NCBI GenBank assembly: GCA_002724635.1
Contig: PBPM01000086.1
Location: forward strand, 13,772 to 45,771
Source of the DNA: Rhodospirillaceae bacterium
GTDB lineage: Bacteria > Pseudomonadota > Alphaproteobacteria > UBA6615
Length of the DNA: 32,000 nt
Direction of reading: 5' to 3'
Part shown: piece after piece, positions 26,677 to 32,000 of the stretch
How positions within the stretch are numbered: the first letter of the stretch is position 1
How the letters are laid out: each line of letters opens with the position of its first letter
The notes under the pieces: generated by a model
Database searches by the model: none
What the model was told of the DNA's origin: nothing
The model's input: only the letters and a program-made list of their open reading frames with translations
Translations under genes and position numbers: made by a program

Positions 26677-27693
26677 ATGCCAGACAAGACCAACGACTCG
26701 ATTGACTGGAGCGGAAAGACCGTTCTGGTTACCGGTGGCACAGGTTCCTTTGGGCGCCGGTTCGCCGAAAAGCTGCTGTGCCGTTACAAGCTTAGAAAGC
26801 TCATCATCCTATCACGCGATGAACACAAGCAATACGATATGCAACAGTCCGAAGTTTTCAAGAACCGCGACGAACTTCGTTACTTCATCGGTGATGTGCG
26901 CGATCAGAGCCGCTTGCGCATGGCAATGCGCGGAGTGGATTGCGTCGTACATGCCGCCGCGCTCAAGCATGTGCCAGCGGCCGAGTACAATCCGTTCGAA
27001 TGCATACGTACCAACGTCAATGGTGCGGAGAATATTGTCTCTGCGGCGATTGAAACCGGAGTACCCAAGGTGGTCGCTCTTTCGACCGATAAGGCAGTGA
27101 ATCCGATAAACATCTACGGCGCAAGTAAGCTTGCGTCGGACAAGATCTTTGTAGCCGGGAATATGCTGGCCGCTGATGCGCCAACCCGGTTTGCAGTGGT
27201 GCGATACGGCAACGTGCTCGGCTCACGTGGTAGCATCATCCCCCTTCTGCGCCAGTTCGTCGCCGAGGGTCGCAAGAGCCTGCCCCTGACCGACGAACGC
27301 ATGACGCGTTTCTGGATTACTCTCGACCAAGGCGTCGATTTTGTTCTGTCGAGCGCTGGGCTCATGCGCGGTGGTGAAATCTTCGTTCCAAAGGTCCCCA
27401 GTATGAAGATCGTCGACATGATGGAAGCGATCGCCCCCGGTATTCCGAACGAGGTGATAGGCATCCGGCCAGGAGAGAAACTGCACGAGGTCCTCATCAG
27501 CGAGGACGATACAGCGATCGTACTGGACCTCGGCGATCGTTATGTCATTTGCCCAAACCACGACACGCGCATTCAGGCCTTTCACGAAAAGAACGGTGCA
27601 ACAGCCGTGGGGCAGGGCTTCCGATACGCGAGTGATGCAAACGACGACTGGCTCAACGCAGACAGACTCAAGGCACTAATCGGCGAGGAATAG
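26677..27693 (+). CDS. pseB: UDP-N-acetylglucosamine 4,6-dehydratase, PseB/FlaA1 type
   Basis: VLVTGGTGSFG, RYFIGDVRD, VHAAALKHVPAAEYNPFECIRTNVNGAENI, ALSTDKAVNPINIYGASKLASDK, VRYGNVLGSRGSIIP, MTRFWITLDQGV, GGEIFVPKVPSMKIVD and IGIRPGEKLHEV are collinear with Helicobacter FlaA1 as I recall it. The SD gaagga precedes the ATG at 26677. Confidence 0.9.
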   Translation: MPDKTNDSIDWSGKTVLVTGGTGSFGRRFAEKLLCRYKLRKLIILSRDEHKQYDMQQSEVFKNRDELRYFIGDVRDQSRLRMAMRGVDCVVHAAALKHVPAAEYNPFECIRTNVNGAENIVSAAIETGVPKVVALSTDKAVNPINIYGASKLASDKIFVAGNMLAADAPTRFAVVRYGNVLGSRGSIIPLLRQFVAEGRKSLPLTDERMTRFWITLDQGVDFVLSSAGLMRGGEIFVPKVPSMKIVDMMEAIAPGIPNEVIGIRPGEKLHEVLISEDDTAIVLDLGDRYVICPNHDTRIQAFHEKNGATAVGQGFRYASDANDDWLNADRLKALIGEE

Positions 27694-27872
27694 GCACCGC
27701 GACCCTATTCCCTCGGCGGACAGCGGATCCACCAGCTCCGGATTGCCAATCCGGAATCCAATTGCGATAAAGGCGGGACTCCAGTCGGTATCCGGCCGCA
27801 GAACTCCGTCGCCGGCATCGATTCTTTCGGGTGGGCTCGAGTCGGCAACCGGTCTGAGATCAAGGGGGTTTC

Positions 27873-29192
27873 ATGGCAGACAAAAGCAAGGCCCCGACCG
27901 TTTACATCGGGATGACCGCTGACATCATGCATCACGGTCTGATCAATGTTATCGAGGTCGGCCGCCAGCACGGCAGGGTGGTGATCGGGCTTATGACCGA
28001 TGGGGCCGTGTCCCGCTACAAGCCTCTCCCGTATCTTGAGTACGAACATCGTCGGCGAATCTTGGAAAACATCGTCGGTGTCGATGAGGTTGTTCCGCAA
28101 GAGGAATGGGATTTCGTCCCCAACCTGCGAAAGTTCAAACCAGAGATTGTGATCCATGGCGATGACTGGTGCGAGGGCCACCAGAAGATCTACCGAGATC
28201 GCGTCGTAGACGCCTTACGCGAATGGGGTGGCAAGTTGATCGAAGTCCCCTATACGCAAGGAGTCTCGACGCCGCGCTTCAATACCCAGCTGAGAGGCCT
28301 CGGCACGACATCCGAAATTCGCCGACAAAGCCTGCGGCGACACCTTGACTCTGGTGAGCTGATCCGGGTCATCGAGGTTCACAGTCCCCTCTGCGGCTTG
28401 CTTGCAGAGAATCTCGCCGTCAATCGGGAAGACAGCGTCGCGCGCTTCGAAGCAATGTGGGTTTCGAGCCTGACAGACTCGACAGTGCGCGGGAAACCCG
28501 ACATCGAACTAGTCGATACCAGCAGCCGAATTGCCGCCATCGACGCACTCTTTGAAGTGACCACCAAGCCCCTTATCTTCGATGGCGACACCGGCGGCTT
28601 GCCCGAGCACTTCGCTTTCACGATACGTACTCTGGAACGCCTAGGGGCATCCGCAATCATCATCGAGGACAAGACCGGCCCGAAACGAAACTCGCTCTTG
28701 GACGGCGATGGACACCACGTTCAGGAAGACATCGATATGTTCGCAGAGAAGATCGCGGTGGGCCGGAAGGCTGCTCTCACAGACGAGTTCATGATCATCG
28801 GCCGAATCGAGAGCCTTATACTTGGTGTCGGCATGGAAGACGCGCTGGTGCGCGCGCGCGCCTATGTGGCTGCCGGCGCAAACGGAATCATGATTCACAG
28901 CCGCCGTAAAACACCTGACGAGATCTTCGAGTTCTGCGACAAGTTCCGCGAGGCCGATCCGGACACGACGATCGTCGTTGTGCCTACCCAGTACAGCGTC
29001 GTCCGAGAATCCGAGCTGATCGAGCACGGGGTGAACATCGTGATCTATGCCAACCACCTCCTCCGAGCTTCATTCCCGGCGATGCGTGCAGTGGGCGAGT
29101 CCATTTTGCGCAACGGCCGCGCCATGGAGGCCGATGACATATGCCTGCCCGTGGACGAACTGCTCGGCATGATCCCTAATACCGTCTCATGA
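27873..29192 (+). CDS. pepM: fusion of a TagD-like cytidylyltransferase-fold domain and phosphoenolpyruvate mutase
   Basis: The N-terminal roughly 130 aa align to glycerol-3-phosphate cytidylyltransferase (EYEHRRRILENIVGVDEVVPQEEW, IHGDDW). The C-terminal domain carries the PepM-specific EDKTGPKRNS (EDKxxxxxNS) motif at 28665-28694. A strong SD (aaggggg) is present. Confidence 0.92.
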   Translation: MADKSKAPTVYIGMTADIMHHGLINVIEVGRQHGRVVIGLMTDGAVSRYKPLPYLEYEHRRRILENIVGVDEVVPQEEWDFVPNLRKFKPEIVIHGDDWCEGHQKIYRDRVVDALREWGGKLIEVPYTQGVSTPRFNTQLRGLGTTSEIRRQSLRRHLDSGELIRVIEVHSPLCGLLAENLAVNREDSVARFEAMWVSSLTDSTVRGKPDIELVDTSSRIAAIDALFEVTTKPLIFDGDTGGLPEHFAFTIRTLERLGASAIIIEDKTGPKRNSLLDGDGHHVQEDIDMFAEKIAVGRKAALTDEFMIIGRIESLILGVGMEDALVRARAYVAAGANGIMIHSRRKTPDEIFEFCDKFREADPDTTIVVVPTQYSVVRESELIEHGVNIVIYANHLLRASFPAMRAVGESILRNGRAMEADDICLPVDELLGMIPNTVS

Positions 29193-30349
29193 TCGAGCCT
29201 AACGCACTTCTCGATCAACTTTGCGCGGGCGGCATCGGATTTTTCACCGGTGTCCCCGACTCACTTCTGTCACCGCTCACATCGGCAATAGTCGCGCGGT
29301 TCCAAGACGGCGAGCATGTGGTCGCCGCGAACGAGGGAAGCGCTATCGCACTGGCAGCTGGACACCACCTCGCGACCGGTCAGACCGCATGCGTCTACCT
29401 GCAGAACTCCGGTCTCGGGAACGCCATCAACCCCCTGACCTCCCTGATGGATGAGGAGGTTTACGGAATCCCTGTTCTTCTGGTTGTCGGCTGGCGTGCC
29501 GAACTGAACGGCAATGAACAGCTCGCGGATGAGCCGCAACACCGCAAGCAGGGCAAGATCACGACGGGACTGCTCGATGTTCTCGGGATTCCCTACCTGA
29601 TCCTCGGACCTGACGGAATCGAGAACGGGTTGTCGGACGGCGTCGCCACCCTCATTTCTTTGGCGCAATCGGAGAACCGACCTGTCGCGCTCGTCGTGCG
29701 AAAGGGTGCCCTTGCCACCCTCACGACACCGTCAGGCGACTCCGTCGGCGTCATGACGCGAGAGGACGCGATCCGCGTTATTACAGAGACCGTCGGGCCG
29801 GAGATACCAATCGTTTCGACGACCGGGAAGGCATCGCGGGAGTTGTGGGAAATTCGCCGGCAAACCGATTTAGGAGAAGGTCGCCACGATGGGCAGGATT
29901 TTCTGACAGTCGGCTCGATGGGGCACGCCTCACAGATCGCTGCGGGCGTCGCGCTTGCAGATCGCGCGCGCGCCGTCCTATGTCTCGATGGAGACGGGGC
30001 CATGCTCATGCATCTCGGGGGCTTAGTCACCTCGGCGGCAATCCCTAACTACCGACATGTAGTTCTCAACAATGAGGTCCATGATTCGGTGGGCGGCCAG
30101 CCGACCAGCGGGGTTGGTCTCTCTCTAGCGCCGATAGCCGAGACATGCGGCTATGACTGGGTTCGTAGCGTTACCAGCCCGCGTGACCTGCCGGCTGCAC
30201 TCAAAGACATGCTGGCAGCGAATGGATCGGCGTTTCTCGAGATCATGGTACTGCCCGGCGCGCGAGCCGATCTCGGTCGGCCAAAGACCGCGCCGAAGGA
30301 CAGCAAGGCGGCGTTCATGACTCGCCTGAAGGACGGCTCTTCCGCCTAG
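29189..30349 (+). CDS. ppd: phosphonopyruvate decarboxylase (ThDP-dependent)
   Basis: GFFTGVPDSLLSPL at the N-terminus and the ThDP motif LDGDGAMLMHLGG...VVLNNEVHDSVGGQPT. An ATGA overlap joins it to pepM. Confidence 0.9.
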   Translation: MIEPNALLDQLCAGGIGFFTGVPDSLLSPLTSAIVARFQDGEHVVAANEGSAIALAAGHHLATGQTACVYLQNSGLGNAINPLTSLMDEEVYGIPVLLVVGWRAELNGNEQLADEPQHRKQGKITTGLLDVLGIPYLILGPDGIENGLSDGVATLISLAQSENRPVALVVRKGALATLTTPSGDSVGVMTREDAIRVITETVGPEIPIVSTTGKASRELWEIRRQTDLGEGRHDGQDFLTVGSMGHASQIAAGVALADRARAVLCLDGDGAMLMHLGGLVTSAAIPNYRHVVLNNEVHDSVGGQPTSGVGLSLAPIAETCGYDWVRSVTSPRDLPAALKDMLAANGSAFLEIMVLPGARADLGRPKTAPKDSKAAFMTRLKDGSSA

Positions 30350-31479
30350 CCGGCAGTTAGTCGTTCGAAAGCGCGCCGCGCGATCTGCCGTGCGATAAGG
30401 CCATCCGCATGACGAAGATTGTTGGCCGCGCGTGCTGGCGTAATCAGCGAATCTCCAAATGTATCGATGTCGTCAGCGGAGAGATGTCGAGCCATGACGT
30501 CACCGACACCGAGCGCGACCAGCCACCGTTCGAGTGTGTCGGGAACTGCATCGACGGCACACTCCAGCGCTTCGGCAACCGGCGCCAATCGTGCGGCGTC
30601 CTCCTCCTGATTAAAACGTGCAATTTCTGCCAAGGTGAAGCTGCATGCAAAACCGTGCGCGACACCGAAACGCGCGGTAAACGGATAGCTGATGGAATGT
30701 GCCAGCGCCGTCTGTGTCGTTCCCATGGCGAGTCCCGCCAGCAAGGCGGCCGTCTGCAGTGCGCCGCGTGCCTCGATATCCTTGGGCCGCGCTTCCGCGA
30801 CCGGCAGATACTTGTGGACCTGCGCGATCGCCTGAGCGGCAAGATAGTCGGTGAATATCGTATGCCGCCGGTTCCAGACAGCCTCGAGCGCATGAGACAC
30901 CGCATCGAGTGCTGTCGATCGGGTCAACTCGCTTGGCATGGTTATCGTCAGCGTAGGGTCCAAGATGGCATGACTCGGATAGAGACGCGGATCATTGATC
31001 GAATACTTTGTTCCGTCGTCACCCCATAGCGTCCCCCAGGGAGTCACCTCGGACCCTGTGCCCGCCGTGGTCGGCACCGCGATGATCGGAATTGGGAGTA
31101 TTTTCGCCGGCAGTGCGGCACCTTCGGAAAGATGATCGAGCAGGGGCGACATGTCGCCCCTGAGCGCCTTGAGTGCCACCATGCCCTTCGTCGCATCCAG
31201 CACGCTGCCCCCGCCCAGAGCGACGACCACCGACACATCGGGTATCTCCTCACTGAGTAAGGGCATCCGCGAGATCAACGGGTTCGGGTCAATATTGGAG
31301 ATAACCGCTGCGGGCGAACCAGCAATTGCCGCAATGCGAGCGTCGAAGTTTCTGTCTGCCCAGGAGCGGCTTGTAACCAGCGCCCAGTCCCGCCCGGCGA
31401 TGGCCGGACCAATGACCTCATCAAGCGCAGCCCCGTCGTGAACAGCGACTGGGCACCGGAACGGTGGCCTCAGAACCAA
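30346..31479 (-). CDS. group III iron-containing alcohol dehydrogenase, phosphonoacetaldehyde reductase (PhpC/FomC/Pdh)-like
   Basis: VVALGGGSVLDATKG, VPTTAGTGSEVTPW and the His-rich metal site LAHSISYPFTARFGVAHG are present. The apparent TTG start at 31479 overlaps the upstream cupin gene's stop. The function is inferred from the family and the pepM/ppd neighbourhood. Confidence 0.72.
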   Translation of the reverse strand: MVLRPPFRCPVAVHDGAALDEVIGPAIAGRDWALVTSRSWADRNFDARIAAIAGSPAAVISNIDPNPLISRMPLLSEEIPDVSVVVALGGGSVLDATKGMVALKALRGDMSPLLDHLSEGAALPAKILPIPIIAVPTTAGTGSEVTPWGTLWGDDGTKYSINDPRLYPSHAILDPTLTITMPSELTRSTALDAVSHALEAVWNRRHTIFTDYLAAQAIAQVHKYLPVAEARPKDIEARGALQTAALLAGLAMGTTQTALAHSISYPFTARFGVAHGFACSFTLAEIARFNQEEDAARLAPVAEALECAVDAVPDTLERWLVALGVGDVMARHLSADDIDTFGDSLITPARAANNLRHADGLIARQIARRAFERLTAG

Positions 31480-32000
31480 CGCTTGGTTTCCGCCAGCGCG
31501 CGGCTCCGACCGTCCGTTGCGAAGGTCGCGAATTCATCGAAGACTTCATCGACCAACTCGCCAGCAATCCGCGACATAGCAAGGCAGGCGCCCGCGGGGC
31601 CCTGCAGCCAATGCTCAACCATCGGGCGGATATAGGCGGAATCGCCCGGACCTATCGACGCGCTTCGACCATCACCCCAGAACAACTCGATATCCTGATC
31701 GCCATAGTTATAGAGATACTCATGGAGCTGATGCTGAAATCCCGGCCCGTCCGTATTTGCAGCACCGCCGAGCATCACAACGTTGAAGCCTCGCTGGCCG
31801 GGCTGATGTGGGGTCCGTGCGAGCTCCGACAATTCGCAAAAGGGTGCATTCGTGTCCGGAAACGGTCGTCGCTCGCTGCCGGCGAGATGGGTGATCGCAA
31901 CCTCGTTATCCTCGGCCATCGGAACAAACCAGAGGTCGCCGGGCTTGACCGCCAACGCAGCGCCCAGCACCGACAGCTCCTCGGCATTCGGCAGCAGGCC
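31470..32000 (-). CDS. C-terminal part of a cupin-fold protein, candidate 2-hydroxyethylphosphonate-utilising oxygenase (HEPD/MPnS/HppE superfamily); 5' end outside the window
   Basis: The frame is open to position 32000 (GLLPNAEELSVLGAALAVKPGDLWFVPM...). It has the cupin-like blocks HQLHEYLYNYGDQDIELFW and GPGDSAYIRPMVEH. It is translationally coupled to the Fe-ADH. The family assignment rests mostly on gene context. Confidence 0.5.
   Translation of the reverse strand, partial: GLLPNAEELSVLGAALAVKPGDLWFVPMAEDNEVAITHLAGSERRPFPDTNAPFCELSELARTPHQPGQRGFNVVMLGGAANTDGPGFQHQLHEYLYNYGDQDIELFWGDGRSASIGPGDSAYIRPMVEHWLQGPAGACLAMSRIAGELVDEVFDEFATFATDGRSRALAETKRWF

Noticed and set aside
27738-27754. A hairpin CCGGATT-gcc-AATCCGG in the pseB-pepM spacer.
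   Set aside because: The stem is only 7 bp with a 3-nt loop and no downstream T-tract, so it is not convincing as a terminator or as a protein-binding site on its own.
27705-28181. A 158-aa minus-strand ORF spanning the pseB-pepM spacer and the pepM 5' end.
   Set aside because: It is antisense to the strongly supported pepM N-terminal domain, has no domain signature, and is most likely a shadow frame.
1-32000. A search for tRNA/rRNA genes, CRISPR arrays, IS elements, integrases, toxin-antitoxin pairs or known defence-system genes.
   Set aside because: None was recognised. The intergenic regions are short apart from 9428-9736, 11015-11294, 15229-16117 and 17072-17250, and these showed no cloverleaf or T-loop signatures, no repeat-spacer periodicity and no transposase-like ORFs. 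This was a scan by eye, not a tool-based search.

Overview
This is a high-GC alphaproteobacterial chromosome segment (it carries GcrA and shows strong GC3 codon bias). All calls come from reading the supplied translations and the DNA by eye; no HMM or BLAST search was run. Positions 1-9427 are a housekeeping block: gpsA (5' end cut by the window), a Rieske protein, acs, a DUF1674 protein, htpX, gcrA, rsmB, rpe and a heparinase II/III-like gene. A decayed 3'-5' exonuclease pseudogene sits between acs and the DUF1674 gene. From about 9.43 kb to the window end the content changes to an accessory glycan-tailoring locus that looks more AT-rich in third codon positions (judged by eye, not computed). 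This locus encodes a TviB/WbpO-type UDP-HexNAc 6-dehydrogenase and a dedicated PAPS-synthesis pair (cysD and a cysN/cysC fusion). It also encodes an EPS-type MarR-like regulator overlapping a NusG paralog, a stand-alone flippase-like membrane protein and a convergent TonB / TonB-dependent receptor pair. A tightly coupled plus-strand operon follows: three FkbM methyltransferases, an AsnB-like PP-loop enzyme with no N-terminal Cys, one GT4 glycosyltransferase, a class I methyltransferase, a PseB-type 4,6-dehydratase, a cytidylyltransferase-like/PEP mutase fusion and phosphonopyruvate decarboxylase. A convergent operon carries a phosphonoacetaldehyde-reductase-type Fe-ADH and a cupin protein that runs off the window; I read it as HEPD/MPnS-like. 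The most interesting hypothesis is a 2-hydroxyethylphosphonate-derived C-P pathway embedded in a locus that also supplies sulfate and methyl donors and amide/amidino chemistry. That predicts a multiply decorated glycan I cannot match to any characterised system. I also found a 15-bp palindrome, GTTCA-N5-TGAAC, three times (two copies in front of the regulator gene and one behind the flippase-like gene); it is a candidate operator. I recognised no rRNA, tRNA, CRISPR array, transposase or integrase.
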